DNA from: an uncultured virus (IMG/VR IMGVR_UViG_3300023174_000108)
Lineage: Duplodnaviria > Heunggongvirae > Uroviricota > Caudoviricetes
Reading direction: 5' to 3' (one strand)
DNA: 33,124 nt
IMG/VR virus record: IMGVR_UViG_3300023174_000108
In this document: piece by piece, positions 1 to 9,393 of the stretch
Layout: each line of letters starts with the position of its first letter
Position numbering within the stretch: position 1 is the first letter of the stretch
Translations under genes and position numbers: made by a program
Notes under the pieces: model-generated
Seen by the model: the letters and a program-made list of their open reading frames with translations, nothing else
The model's database searches: none
What the model was told of the DNA's origin: nothing

Positions 1-345
1 CAACTCTGACAATCGAGCATCTGCATATGACTTGGAATCTAGTTCCGACAATGCTTCTGCCTTTGCTCGTTCTGCCTCTGCTTGCGCAGTTGCATTACGA
101 CGAGCTGCTTCTTCTTCTTTTTCTTTTCGTAAAGAGTTAAGCTCTTCCTTCAAACTTTCAATTTGAGGGTAGAGCTTGTCTTTCTCCTGAGAACGAACTT
201 TTGCCAAATCCTCGTCTGTATAGAACTTAGACTTAACGCTGTCCGTAGTAGTAACAGTCGGCGCGTCAACGCCCGACACATTTACGACTGGAGCGGTATT
301 AGCTTCTGCTTCAAAAGCAGCAGCCATATTTTCTGCAGTTTCCAT
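1..345 (-). CDS. Putative capsid scaffolding protein, N-terminal part (runs off window)
   Basis: ORF read by hand, not in track: METAENMAAAFEAEANTAPVV...FYTDEDLAKVRSQEKDKLYPQIESLKEELNSLRKEKEEE; AAAGGA RBS; charged coiled-coil; directly downstream of portal. Confidence 0.6.
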   Translation of the reverse strand, partial: METAENMAAAFEAEANTAPVVNVSGVDAPTVTTTDSVKSKFYTDEDLAKVRSQEKDKLYPQIESLKEELNSLRKEKEEEAARRNATAQAEAERAKAEALSELDSKSYADARLSEL

Positions 346-430
346 GCTCGTACATCCTTTGTATTCTAGGGGTCGTTTTCCGAATGCCTTGCGGCGTAGC
401 ACATATGACCAAACGTTGTATTACAAGTTA

Positions 431-467
431 ATTTTCTCTAGCCCTACGTAAAATTACAGCCTAAACT
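431..467 (-). promoter_or_regulatory. Putative phage late promoter (TTTAGGC ... GAAAAT)
   Basis: AGTTTAGGCTGTAA identical to 18759-18772; a -10-like hexamer begins 29 nt after the start of TTTAG, as in three other copies. Confidence 0.5.
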
Positions 468-470
468 GCT

Positions 471-2192
471 TTATTTTTCGTAGCCTTCTGGAACTCTCCT
501 TTGTGGTAGTTGGGTTCCATAAGCTTGTGTCACTAAGTTGGAGCGTAGGGCTTGTTCTCCCATTTGCGCTGCTATTGTTGCGTCATCAATGACTGGAGGT
601 AGAACTGATTGAGGAACCCCAGCTTCAGGGCTTCCGCCGCCAACTGGCTGAGCTGGAGCCCCTCCAGGGCCTAGCTGGGCAGATTGCATGCCAGTTAGCA
701 TCATGATGTCATTTTCAATTTGAGTCTGTACAAGCTTAAGTGCGCCGTCTGACTTAGCGTCTTCAATAAGCTCTTGACGAATCTCTGTTAGCTTCTCTGC
801 TGGGAATTCTTCACCTAGTGCGCGAAGGGCACCTTCCTTAGACTCAAGGCCTAAAGATAGCTTGCTCTGGATTTCATTAAGAGCAATCAATTTATCTAGT
901 GGTAGAGGCTGTGGGAAGTGTACATAGTTTTGAAAAGTAATTGGGTCATTAGGGTCTAGCTGCGCAGCTTGCCCTGGCTTTAACGGGGTAGTGCTGGCGT
1001 TAGGGTCCCAAATAAAAGTCTCTGGCTCTTTAATAGCAAGAGAGATTAGGATAAGCTCATTAACGCGCTCTAGACCATGCGCGTACTGAATAATCTTCTG
1101 ATGGTAACGGTTCATCAAAGGCTGGAACTGAATAGATAGAGCAACGCCTGATGTATTAGAAATAGGCTGTGCCTGACCAAGTGCGGTTTCAGGAACACCA
1201 ATCATTTCGTGCATAGACTTCTTGAGCATAGCCAAGAATTCCATAGCGCCCTTAAGACCTTGTGAACCGCCCTCTAGGTTTTCTACCTTTGCATCCTTAG
1301 GTAGCCCGCCCCAAACTTTGTTAGCGCCTTTTTCTAACTGAGACGCCTTAGCGCCGATAATAACCGTAACTGGCGCTGCGTGGTAGTTAACGATGTCCGC
1401 GATATCCGTAGCGGTTTCATTATATGCACGGTTAATGTTAATAATATCATTGCAATCTGATAGACCCCAAGGAGAACCAGAAATACGAACGTTTGGAATA
1501 TGTACAACAGGGATAGTGCCAAGCGGATTAGGGCGCGAGTCAATAAGTTCATCGTTGATGTACTCCTCAATAATGTCGTCTGTCAAGATTTCTGTGTAAG
1601 TAAATACTTGACGTGTTCCTTCTAGAGAAGTTCCCCAGAATCTGTACTTGAGCTTAAATCGAATAAGTCGCTCTCTATCATGCGGGTGAAACTCTGGAAA
1701 AGCGAATGAAGAGTTAAGAGGGAGAATGCGAACACGACCAGGATGCTGGCGACCAGACGGGTCAACCCATGCTTCTTCATATGCCACCTTAATAAAGCAG
1801 TCTCCAGATACGGAGCCCTGCTGACCAATTTCCCACAATACTGTGGCTTTGTTGTTATCTATTTCCCATACTCGTTCAAGCAGGTCTGGGACAATAGCCT
1901 CCGTTAACTTTGCTGAACGAAAGTTAACGCCCTTACCAAAAGTAAAGTTAATTAAGAAGTCTGTGAATGCTCTGTAGTAATTGAGCATAATCTGCGCTTC
2001 GCCAGTTTGACGGCGGTATGAATAGTGGTGACCTAAATACATAGCCCAGTTAAGGGAATAGCGATTTAGGCGTGGGCCGTGTACTTCAAACTCTTCATCC
2101 GCTAGTTCTACTAAACCTAGTGGGGATATGGAGATTGTTAAATCAGAGGAAGCTGCGCGATAACTCGGAGGCGAGAAATCAATACCGCTCAC
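471..2192 (-). CDS. Phage portal protein (SPP1 gp6-like)
   Basis: 573 aa, downstream of terminase; portal-like motifs IPVVHIPN...PWGLSD, SNTSGVALSIQFQPL, GLESKEGALRALG. Confidence 0.85.
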   Translation of the reverse strand: MSGIDFSPPSYRAASSDLTISISPLGLVELADEEFEVHGPRLNRYSLNWAMYLGHHYSYRRQTGEAQIMLNYYRAFTDFLINFTFGKGVNFRSAKLTEAIVPDLLERVWEIDNNKATVLWEIGQQGSVSGDCFIKVAYEEAWVDPSGRQHPGRVRILPLNSSFAFPEFHPHDRERLIRFKLKYRFWGTSLEGTRQVFTYTEILTDDIIEEYINDELIDSRPNPLGTIPVVHIPNVRISGSPWGLSDCNDIININRAYNETATDIADIVNYHAAPVTVIIGAKASQLEKGANKVWGGLPKDAKVENLEGGSQGLKGAMEFLAMLKKSMHEMIGVPETALGQAQPISNTSGVALSIQFQPLMNRYHQKIIQYAHGLERVNELILISLAIKEPETFIWDPNASTTPLKPGQAAQLDPNDPITFQNYVHFPQPLPLDKLIALNEIQSKLSLGLESKEGALRALGEEFPAEKLTEIRQELIEDAKSDGALKLVQTQIENDIMMLTGMQSAQLGPGGAPAQPVGGGSPEAGVPQSVLPPVIDDATIAAQMGEQALRSNLVTQAYGTQLPQRRVPEGYEK

Positions 2193-2251
2193 TATTCACC
2201 TCTTTCAAAATAAGTAAAAACTCAATGTCGATATATTAACATATCGACGGC

Positions 2252-2557
2252 TTATATGAAGCGCTCGCCTCGTATGTTGCCCTTACCAATTTTCTTGGTT
2301 ACTTTCTTCTTCTTTAGCTCTTCTTCTTTGTCACGCTTCTCCTGCACATAATCGCGGAAGCGTGGGTCTATGTCCTTCTTAGACTTAACAAATTGACCGC
2401 CCATTTGGTTGTACTTAGCGTGAATCCAGTGACCGCGGGCAGGTGAGTTTTTAGAAAACTTTGAGCCCGCTTGCGCAGTAATCATGTTCCAAAGCTTTGG
2501 GTTGGCAGCTACTTGCGTTGGGCTTTCTTTTGCTTCTCTACCTTGAATCAATGCCAT
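2252..2557 (-). CDS. Hypothetical basic protein
   Basis: 101 aa ORF with AAAGGA RBS, within the terminase-portal gene run. Confidence 0.7.
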   Translation of the reverse strand: MALIQGREAKESPTQVAANPKLWNMITAQAGSKFSKNSPARGHWIHAKYNQMGGQFVKSKKDIDPRFRDYVQEKRDKEEELKKKKVTKKIGKGNIRGERFI

Positions 2558-2577
2558 TGTTTAATCCTTTGTAAAGC

Positions 2578-2616
2578 GCTTACTCCCCACTGCCACGTAA
2601 GGAGCGGGGAGTAAGC
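2578..2616 (-). terminator. Intergenic hairpin / putative terminator
   Basis: GCTTACTCCCC ... GGGGAGTAAGC 11-bp inverted repeat just after the stop of 2624..3022. Confidence 0.5.
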
Positions 2617-2623
2617 TATTTAA

Positions 2624-3022
2624 TTAGTCTTGTACTACTGCTGGGTTTAGAGCTTGCTGGCGTGAACCATTGCGGAAGACTTCTTCAAATTTATTGTCTC
2701 CGTGGTCAGCAAAGGCACCAGCTGCAAAGTCATTAAGACTGTTTGGTGCTTCTACCCAAGCTGCAGAGCCGACGTGTGCGCGCTCGCGCATTGTCTCTTC
2801 TGGAAGCTTTTCAAATACGTTTGCATTACGGTTTGGGCGACCAGGTGCAGGAATGTACCCATGCATTGCGCCCTCTGTAAATGACTGTGGGATATCTGTA
2901 TCTGTTGCAATGCCTTCTTCAAAACGAAGTGGGCCGCGCTGACCTGGGACAGCTCCCGCCATCTTGCGGTCGTATGTAGGGCTGTGCTTTTCAGGAAAGC
3001 GTGGTGCTGGTGAAATTGACAT
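2624..3022 (-). CDS. Hypothetical protein (possible virion protein)
   Basis: 132 aa ORF with AGGAG RBS, between terminase and portal. Confidence 0.7.
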   Translation of the reverse strand: MSISPAPRFPEKHSPTYDRKMAGAVPGQRGPLRFEEGIATDTDIPQSFTEGAMHGYIPAPGRPNRNANVFEKLPEETMRERAHVGSAAWVEAPNSLNDFAAGAFADHGDNKFEEVFRNGSRQQALNPAVVQD

Positions 3023-3057
3023 ATAAACTCCTAATTGGTTTGAGGACCTCAGTAAAT

Positions 3058-3092
3058 AGTGTGCCCCTTAACGGGGTTAAAATCAGGCTAAA
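3058..3092 (-). promoter_or_regulatory. Putative phage late promoter (TTTAGCC ... CACACT)
   Basis: Same TTTAGSC plus 29-nt offset NANNNT arrangement as at 431-467, 18736-18772 and 19529-19563. Confidence 0.45.
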
Positions 3093-3099
3093 GGCGTAA

Positions 3100-4671
3100 C
3101 TATCTGTAGAAGGGTGAACTAGACACCTCTACAGAAGGCATAGTTAAATCCATAGTTAAAGCGCAAGCAATAGCCAAAGAGTCCGCATAGTCGTCGTGGG
3201 CATGGGCCTCTTCTGGGGCATGGGCAAGAAAGTTAGGACCAGTGAACTTTGTCTCTAGGTCAGTCATCTGTTGATAGAAACGTTTCCAGGTACGTAGACG
3301 TCGTGTCTTTGCATGTGCGGGCCAACCAACCATACGACGGTCAATTAAAGCTTTAAGGTGCTTCCAACGCTTTGACTGCTCTGGCTGGCTACTGCCAATA
3401 GAGTGAACTTCAGACTTAGGTAGAAGTAACTTAAGTCTTTGCGCAACAGCATCACCTACACCGTTTGCGTCCACACCTACTGCAATTACATCATAGCTGG
3501 ATAGGAATTGAACAATTTGAAAGTATTGGTCTTCCCAATCATCACCTTGAATCTCTAACCAATTTAAAACTCTATGGTCAAAGTAACCAAACTCATCAGG
3601 TCTATCCCAGTCTACCCAGACGACCGTGACGACCGTCGAGTCCATTTTCCTCGCGGGGTCGACCCCGACCACAACTGGAGTACGATGCCAAGCTTTGACC
3701 ACTTCTTGGGAAGTGTCTCCGAGCTCGTCCATGATTGTGGATGTGACGAACATGCCTCTCTCCAGCAACCATTTGCATGAGTACGACATTTGGAACTCAT
3801 CAGAGTCCTCCCCAATACGTAACATTTCTTTTTTAATAAACTTACCGTAGTTAACATTGTACTTAGCTACGTCTCGCCAGTCCCATTCAAAATGGTTTTG
3901 CCTAGACTTTGCAGATGTGCTACGTCTCTTATTTAACTGAATAGAGCGATAGAAGTTGTTTTTGTGTGTAGTAGGGGTGCCAGTCTTAACCATAGTTCCT
4001 GAGTAGTACGCAAGCATAGGTGAAATAGATTTAGATACCACAAAGTCATCTGCTTCCTGGCATTCATCAATAACAATAAGGTGGAAAGACTTAGACTCAA
4101 TCTTTGCACGAGGGTTAGCAGTCATCATCATAAGGCTACTGCCAGAGTTCTTTAATTTAATCTGTCGAGTAACGCCAGGAACTTTACCTAGACTGTCATC
4201 AATCTCAGGGTCTCCCAAGATTTCTAGTGCGCGCTCTGAAGTAAGTCTATTTACAGTACGGCCAAACAGGGTCTCTACCTGACCTTCAACTGGGGCAAAC
4301 ATACCAATCCAAATGCCTTCTTTAAATTTACCTAATAGGTCTGGGTACATTTTGGCTAATCTGGGGAGTAGAACCATAAGCGTAGCTACAGTATTAGCAA
4401 TAGTTTCAGATTTACCTGACTGACGTGCGGCAAGTGCTGTAATTTCTTCACCATCATTAATGATTACAGACTCAATAACTCTACGCGCTAAAGGCATTTG
4501 ATAAGGGTGTAACTCGTGTCCTACAAGCGCCGTTTGGAATTGAATACAGCGGTCCACTATCTTTTTTACAAACTCTTTAGAGAGCTCATCTAGCTCTTCA
4601 ATTTCTTCTTCGGGCGCAAGGTCCTCTTCCTCATCTGGGAAGAACTCTTCGTCATCTAATGCTGTATCCAT
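3100..4671 (-). CDS. terL: Terminase large subunit
   Basis: Walker A ARQSGKS, Walker B LIVIDE, coupling motif TGTP, RNase H-like nuclease motifs VGVDPA and HDDYADS. Confidence 0.93.
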   Translation of the reverse strand: MDTALDDEEFFPDEEEDLAPEEEIEELDELSKEFVKKIVDRCIQFQTALVGHELHPYQMPLARRVIESVIINDGEEITALAARQSGKSETIANTVATLMVLLPRLAKMYPDLLGKFKEGIWIGMFAPVEGQVETLFGRTVNRLTSERALEILGDPEIDDSLGKVPGVTRQIKLKNSGSSLMMMTANPRAKIESKSFHLIVIDECQEADDFVVSKSISPMLAYYSGTMVKTGTPTTHKNNFYRSIQLNKRRSTSAKSRQNHFEWDWRDVAKYNVNYGKFIKKEMLRIGEDSDEFQMSYSCKWLLERGMFVTSTIMDELGDTSQEVVKAWHRTPVVVGVDPARKMDSTVVTVVWVDWDRPDEFGYFDHRVLNWLEIQGDDWEDQYFQIVQFLSSYDVIAVGVDANGVGDAVAQRLKLLLPKSEVHSIGSSQPEQSKRWKHLKALIDRRMVGWPAHAKTRRLRTWKRFYQQMTDLETKFTGPNFLAHAPEEAHAHDDYADSLAIACALTMDLTMPSVEVSSSPFYR

Positions 4672-4791
4672 GTTGACCTTAGTTTAAGGTGAAAGCAAAA
4701 AGCCTGGGTAGTTAAACCCAGGACCCTTTGTTGCCTTCACGGGAAGAGGAAGAGAGGCAGGAGAAGCATAGCATAATGTCGACAAATCTAT

Positions 4792-5043
4792 TTATTCCCT
4801 AATTGTTCGGCGCGCCAACTCATCTACAACAGCATGCAAAGCCTCTGCACCGACCAGAGCTTCTTTTAAAAATGTGGAATCTCGTTGCTTACCGTACATA
4901 GACATGCATCGTCCAATCTCATACAGGGACTGGTCAATCCACTGTTCGAGCTCCATAGTAGGTATCTTGGCAACTCTATTAGATACCTTTTCAGAAAACG
5001 GCTTTATCCATATCTCTCGTCTGCGTTTAAAAAGATTCATCAA
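4792..5043 (-). CDS. Hypothetical protein
   Basis: 83 aa helical ORF overlapping the upstream gene, directly before terL. Confidence 0.65.
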   Translation of the reverse strand: MMNLFKRRREIWIKPFSEKVSNRVAKIPTMELEQWIDQSLYEIGRCMSMYGKQRDSTFLKEALVGAEALHAVVDELARRTIRE

Positions 5044-5317
5044 ATAGTCCGTCCTCTGGCTTCCAAGCCACTCTGGCTTTCATAGCATCAGATAGTATCT
5101 CATCAATCTTATCATCGTCATCCCACCCAATCTCAGGACGGCTTACCCAAAGTCCTAGGTAAAACCCAGGCTCTGTAAAAGGCGCACGAAAAACTAAGCA
5201 TTTACCTTTACGGTAAGGCATTTCAGTTTCTTGTGTAGTCCCTACCTCAATAATAGGTAAAGCTTTCTTATGCCAGTAACGAAGTTTTCCGCCATATAGT
5301 AGTCCGTATGATTTCAA
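5027..5317 (-). CDS. Hypothetical protein
   Basis: 96 aa ORF, TTG start after AAGGAG. Confidence 0.65.
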   Translation of the reverse strand: MKSYGLLYGGKLRYWHKKALPIIEVGTTQETEMPYRKGKCLVFRAPFTEPGFYLGLWVSRPEIGWDDDDKIDEILSDAMKARVAWKPEDGLFDESF

Positions 5318-5319
5318 AG

Positions 5320-5868
5320 CTACTCCTTAAGCTCAGGAAGGCCAAATAAAGTCTCATCAAGAGTGGGTAAGTTTCCACTTTGCATACGCCCTGCAATAGC
5401 CGCTGAATAACTAAAACGCTCTTTTGTACCAGCAGACAGCGCATCCATATCTGCTGCATGGTGTGAAGAACAAGCCGCCTCAAGTATTGGTAGATATTTG
5501 TTTGTTGAGGGGCTGTTCTTTAACCCAAGCCATACTGGCACTTGAACGTCATTGTATTGCCACCAGGCACCGCTACGCATAACAACAACTACTGTTTTAG
5601 TATTGTGGTTATAGCCCACAGTGTAAGCCCTAGGTCTTTTTGGGTTTTGAGTAGGGGCTGTGTAAACCTCAGTGCCAACATCTTTAACATCATTAGGCAT
5701 TTCAATAGACCAAGTATCTAGTTGATTAGCCGAAGCTAAAGCTCCTGGGTTATTGTCAGCGGTATTGCGCTCAAACGCATTTAGGTTACGCTCACGAGAT
5801 TTTTTAAGCTCTTCACTCGCCTCATTTAAACGAGCATTCATTATCTCTTTAAGGTCTCGCTTAGCCAT
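5320..5868 (-). CDS. KTSC-domain-like protein
   Basis: VGYNHNTKTVVVVMRSGAWWQYNDVQVPVWLGLKNSPSTNKYL fits the KTSC pattern; start moved to the ATG that overlaps the upstream TAA. Confidence 0.65.
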   Translation of the reverse strand: MAKRDLKEIMNARLNEASEELKKSRERNLNAFERNTADNNPGALASANQLDTWSIEMPNDVKDVGTEVYTAPTQNPKRPRAYTVGYNHNTKTVVVVMRSGAWWQYNDVQVPVWLGLKNSPSTNKYLPILEAACSSHHAADMDALSAGTKERFSYSAAIAGRMQSGNLPTLDETLFGLPELKE

Positions 5869-6131
5869 TATTCCTCGCAAACGTGGTTCTGTGTCTCAGT
5901 TTCTAAAACTCTTACTAAGCATACAGCGCAACGCAAATAGCGTGGCGGTTTAAAGTTATTCTGGGCTGTAGCACCTAATGGAAAGTTAGCCCCATCTTGA
6001 GCATACTCTGGCTCATAATCATCAATAATGTCTGGCTCTTTAAATAGCTCTCTTGGAAAAGGGCCTTTAGGGTCAGTTGCTATTGAAGGTACTGGATGGA
6101 CTTGTACTGCTTGGTGCTTACTTACTCTCAT
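5868..6131 (-). CDS. Hypothetical protein with C-terminal CxxC...HxC zinc finger
   Basis: 87 aa; RCAVC...NHVCEE. Confidence 0.6.
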   Translation of the reverse strand: MRVSKHQAVQVHPVPSIATDPKGPFPRELFKEPDIIDDYEPEYAQDGANFPLGATAQNNFKPPRYLRCAVCLVRVLETETQNHVCEE

Positions 6132-6333
6132 CTTCTTCTGACTCTTCTTCTTCAGAAGACTCTTCAGTCGCTTTTACATCATCCTCATCTACGTCTGGGG
6201 CTAAGAAATGACCCTCATCAGCACGGGTACGTAACCAAGATGGTAAACATAAGTTGCAGTAGTTAACAGGATTTACTCCTGGGTCAGCCATGCGGTACAG
6301 GGCTGTGTTCTCGCAGTTGGCGCATTTTGCCAT
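6118..6333 (-). CDS. Small zinc-binding protein with acidic tail
   Basis: CANC...YCNLC, acidic C-terminus, AAGGAG RBS. Confidence 0.65.
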   Translation of the reverse strand: MAKCANCENTALYRMADPGVNPVNYCNLCLPSWLRTRADEGHFLAPDVDEDDVKATEESSEEEESEEDESK

Positions 6334-6369
6334 AGTTAATTCTCCTTCTAAGTAAAGTAAGTGTATATG

Positions 6370-6402
6370 AAAAAGGGGGACAAGGTATGCCCCTGCCCCC
6401 CC
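6370..6402 (-). terminator. Rho-independent terminator
   Basis: Minus strand GGGGGCAGG-loop-CCTTGTCCCCC followed by TTTTT, after the holin-like gene. Confidence 0.55.
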
Positions 6403-6415
6403 AGTTTCGATTAAA

Positions 6416-6730
6416 TTATTTCTTCTTTGGAGCAGCCTTCTTTGCTGCCGCCTTCTTTGCAGGCTTAGCGATAGTTGCTTTGTTTAGCATAGCTGATAGT
6501 TCAGCTAAACCAACAGAGGCTACCCTGCCAAATGCTGGGTCCTTCTTATTGATGTAGCGAAGCGCTACTGGGACAAGAGATGCCCATAGTGCATTAGCTA
6601 CTAGAAGCCACTCTGATTGCCCAAAACTTGCTGGGTTTGCGATACCACTTGTTGATGAAACGATTGTTACTGCAGCAATAACTTGACCAAGCAAGTTACG
6701 TACATAGGATTCAATCATTGCCTTATTCAT
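6416..6730 (-). CDS. Holin-like membrane protein
   Basis: Two hydrophobic helices and a Lys/Ala-rich C-terminus (KPAKKAAAKKAAPKKK). Confidence 0.55.
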   Translation of the reverse strand: MNKAMIESYVRNLLGQVIAAVTIVSSTSGIANPASFGQSEWLLVANALWASLVPVALRYINKKDPAFGRVASVGLAELSAMLNKATIAKPAKKAAAKKAAPKKK

Positions 6731-6963
6731 TTAACTTCTCCTTCTTCTACGTGTTGGTCAAATCGACCCTCAAGTCGAGCTAACGATACCCTAACTTCTG
6801 TCATGTCTGTACTAATCTTATTAATCGCGTCGCGCATTGAGGAGCCGCCATTGGGCTTCAACTCAGCTAAGTAGTGCTTAATAGTCCATCGAATACCAAC
6901 GACAGTAACGCCGCCAATTCCAAGGATTGTTGATGTTAGCGCGGCCCAGTCAGAAATGCTCAC
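6727..6963 (-). CDS. Single-TM plus coiled-coil membrane protein (lysis-cassette type)
   Basis: N-terminal TM helix, ELKPNGGSSMRDAI motif and coiled coil, as seen in actinophage lysis-associated proteins. Confidence 0.6.
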   Translation of the reverse strand: MSISDWAALTSTILGIGGVTVVGIRWTIKHYLAELKPNGGSSMRDAINKISTDMTEVRVSLARLEGRFDQHVEEGEVK

Positions 6964-7100
6964 AGGTAATTACCATTCGTTAGATGAAATGTCAAGAGCG
7001 ATAGCGTTATCCGTATTAAACACCGATGTATAAAATATACAGTATTTACTATTAGATTTGTCATATTAAACATATTATTTATTTAAATACTTAGTTCGCC

Positions 7101-7131
7101 TTGACACACGCTGTAACGCCTGTGCTAAGGT
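7101..7131 (+). promoter_or_regulatory. Housekeeping-sigma promoter candidate
   Basis: TTGACA at 7101 and TGcTAAGGT (extended -10) at 7123-7131; the spacer is long (19 nt). Confidence 0.4.
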
Positions 7132-7186
7132 TAAACCTGACGAAGCCACTAGCGATAGTGGCTTTTGCCAACTGAGAGGAGCAGAA

Positions 7187-7723
7187 ATGCTTAATATCAG
7201 AATTAATCTAACGATTAATCTAAAGAAGATGGGAGCAGCTTTAGTTGCAGGTGTATTGATGTTAACACACCTAATAACTCCAGCCTACGCCCTGCAGTCA
7301 GAGACGGTCGTTAACGAAAAGGTCGTTACCGTTTCATTGACTTACTTGAAGGTTAAAACAACTAAATCAGAAGCCAAGGCAGCCTTGGCAAGTGACACCG
7401 TCAAATACTTTGACGCTGAAGCGCTCGCTTTTTTGACAGTCTACGCAAAGGACTGGAAGATGAGCGAATGGCAGTGCCTACGTAACATCTGGCAAAAGGA
7501 GAGTAAGTTCAACCCAAAGGCTGAAAACAAATCTTCAGGTGCCTATGGCATTGCGCAGTTCATGCCCTCAACATGGGGCAACTACAAGGTCGAAAAGACC
7601 CCGAGCGCACAACTCCAAATTAAATACGGGCTACGTTATATTGAAAAACGATATGGGAGTACAGATGAGCCAACTGGCGCGTGTAATGCATGGGAGTTCT
7701 GGCAAAGAAACAAGTGGTATTAA
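7187..7723 (+). CDS. Lytic transglycosylase (SLT/lysozyme-like) with signal anchor
   Basis: CLRNIWQKESKFNPKAENKSSGAYGIAQ (catalytic ES), QIKYGLRYIEKRYG, C-terminal AW..WQRNKWY. Confidence 0.85.
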   Translation: MLNIRINLTINLKKMGAALVAGVLMLTHLITPAYALQSETVVNEKVVTVSLTYLKVKTTKSEAKAALASDTVKYFDAEALAFLTVYAKDWKMSEWQCLRNIWQKESKFNPKAENKSSGAYGIAQFMPSTWGNYKVEKTPSAQLQIKYGLRYIEKRYGSTDEPTGACNAWEFWQRNKWY

Positions 7724-7955
7724 AGCCCCCTTCTTTGACGGAACTCAACCCTGTAGGGAGATAGGTACAGACCTTTTCTTTGCAGAGGACAATAGCGAGG
7801 CTGAAAAGCTAAAAGCAATTGTCAAGCCAATATGCAACAAGTGTCAGTTCAATACCGAGTGCCTTGAGTGGGCCCTTGTAAATAATGAACTAGGTATCTG
7901 GGCGGGAACCACCGACTTAGATAGGCAGAGACTTAAACGTAAAAAGATTCGTTAA
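7686..7955 (+). CDS. whiB: WhiB-family Fe-S transcriptional regulator
   Basis: Four Cys (C...CxxC-x5-C), DLFF, GIWAG turn, basic tail; start uncertain (ATG 7686 chosen). Confidence 0.88.
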   Translation: MHGSSGKETSGIKAPFFDGTQPCREIGTDLFFAEDNSEAEKLKAIVKPICNKCQFNTECLEWALVNNELGIWAGTTDLDRQRLKRKKIR

Positions 7956-7957
7956 AT

Positions 7958-7991
7958 AGAAAAGCCCCAGCCAATTGGCTGGGGCTTTTCT
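7958..7991. terminator. Bidirectional terminator
   Basis: Perfect 34-bp palindrome AGAAAAGCCCCAGCCAATTGGCTGGGGCTTTTCT between convergent genes. Confidence 0.85.
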
Positions 7992-8000
7992 GTTGGGTGC

Positions 8001-9287
8001 TTATGCAGCCCAAGGAGTGATTGTAATTGTTGCAGATAGAGCAACTGAAGCTGTACCAGCTGCTGTTGACTGTGTCTTGATTGTTCCTGCAGTTCCCTTT
8101 AGTACTGTTCCAGGTGTGATAGCGCCTGAGTTGGCAACTGTCCATCCTGAACCTGCAATAACGAGTGTGCTGCCTGAACCACCAGTAACAGTCCAAGTTC
8201 CAACAACTGCTGTTGGGATACCTGTTCCTGCTGTGATTGTAACCTTTGTGCCTACTGGCCATGAAGCTGTTCCACCAGCAATAGTAAGAGTTGCTGAGGT
8301 TGTGGTTGTAACGTTAACTTGTGTTATCTGTGTAGCAGTGTTGGTTGCTCCAGCAGCTGTTGTGATGTTAGCTGTTGCGTAACCAGCATCCTTAAGCTCA
8401 TCAAGAGCTGATACTGTTGTCTGACCCAATACTGAAGGTACGTCAAGGTAAGCAACCCCAGCTACATAAGCGCCATCAGCGGCTGTAAGCTCGTTAGCTA
8501 GAGCTACAATACCGTTATTGATGTTGATTACTGAAGCGACTGTAGCGTTAGTTACTGTGAAGTATTCACGAGTAGCTGCAGCTACTGTTGCGTTTGTAAG
8601 GTTAAGACCGTTAACGCCTGTAATGTTGACAACGTCTCCTGCCTTCAAGAAGTTGAATGACTCGTAACGGATAGTTGTTCCATCGCCAACTGCCTGAGTA
8701 ATCTGGTACTTACCAGTTCCTGGTGTATATGATGGGTAACCTGAGTACCCTGTTGCATCAAGTTCGTGGTTAGCGCTCTTAACACTGATGTTAGCAATAG
8801 CTCCTGAGCCTGAGTAAGCTGAAGTTCCAGCAAAGTCAAGGCGAGAACCTGTAACAGCTGTTGTAGCCGCCCAGTAGCTGTCTGCGCCAACTCCTGGAAG
8901 AACGTGCTCAACTACCTTAGCAACAGCTGTCTGACCTGTGTCTGAAACAGAGGTTGCATTTGTTACTGTGAACTGTGTAGGTGAGACTGTAGCGATTACT
9001 GCATTTGTTAAATTTGCACCTGAGGTTGAAAGCCCTGTAATTGTTACAAGCTGACCAGCTGCAAATGAGTTAGCTGAGGTATAGGTAATAGTTGTACCGT
9101 TACCTGATGCTGCTGTGACTACAGCAGTCTTAAAAGAAGTTGTGCTTGAACCTGTGGTTCCGCCAATATTGACAGCCGCTGTTTCTGTGCGGACGTCGTT
9201 AGGCTGTAAAGGGAAGTTACCCCATACAAAATCTACCGCTACGTTGCCTGACGAATCAAGCTCGTGCTCGTTGTTATTTGTTGCCAT
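8001..9287 (-). CDS. Thr/Ala/Gly-rich beta-repeat protein, probable virion structural protein
   Basis: 428 aa; repeated G(Q/D)xVxITG...NxTN..(I/V)...T.FTV modules and a PASTA-like VPSVLGQT...L..AG segment. Confidence 0.65.
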   Translation of the reverse strand: MATNNNEHELDSSGNVAVDFVWGNFPLQPNDVRTETAAVNIGGTTGSSTTSFKTAVVTAASGNGTTITYTSANSFAAGQLVTITGLSTSGANLTNAVIATVSPTQFTVTNATSVSDTGQTAVAKVVEHVLPGVGADSYWAATTAVTGSRLDFAGTSAYSGSGAIANISVKSANHELDATGYSGYPSYTPGTGKYQITQAVGDGTTIRYESFNFLKAGDVVNITGVNGLNLTNATVAAATREYFTVTNATVASVININNGIVALANELTAADGAYVAGVAYLDVPSVLGQTTVSALDELKDAGYATANITTAAGATNTATQITQVNVTTTTSATLTIAGGTASWPVGTKVTITAGTGIPTAVVGTWTVTGGSGSTLVIAGSGWTVANSGAITPGTVLKGTAGTIKTQSTAAGTASVALSATITITPWAA

Positions 9288-9393
9288 TATCTACCTATTT
9301 TCTCTAGAGGTGGTAAACGCCTGATATCGGGGGCGCAGTACAATTGTCTAAGAGATATTAAGCTTTGTCAGTCTCTAAAGGGTTTAACGAGTG

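Noticed and set aside
7539..7685. Long N-terminal extension of WhiB given in the ORF track
   Set aside because: Lies inside the transglycosylase gene; the WhiB domain starts much later
7933..8382. ORFs 7933..8262 and 7975..8382
   Set aside because: They overlap the 428-aa gene and cross a terminator, so they are shadows
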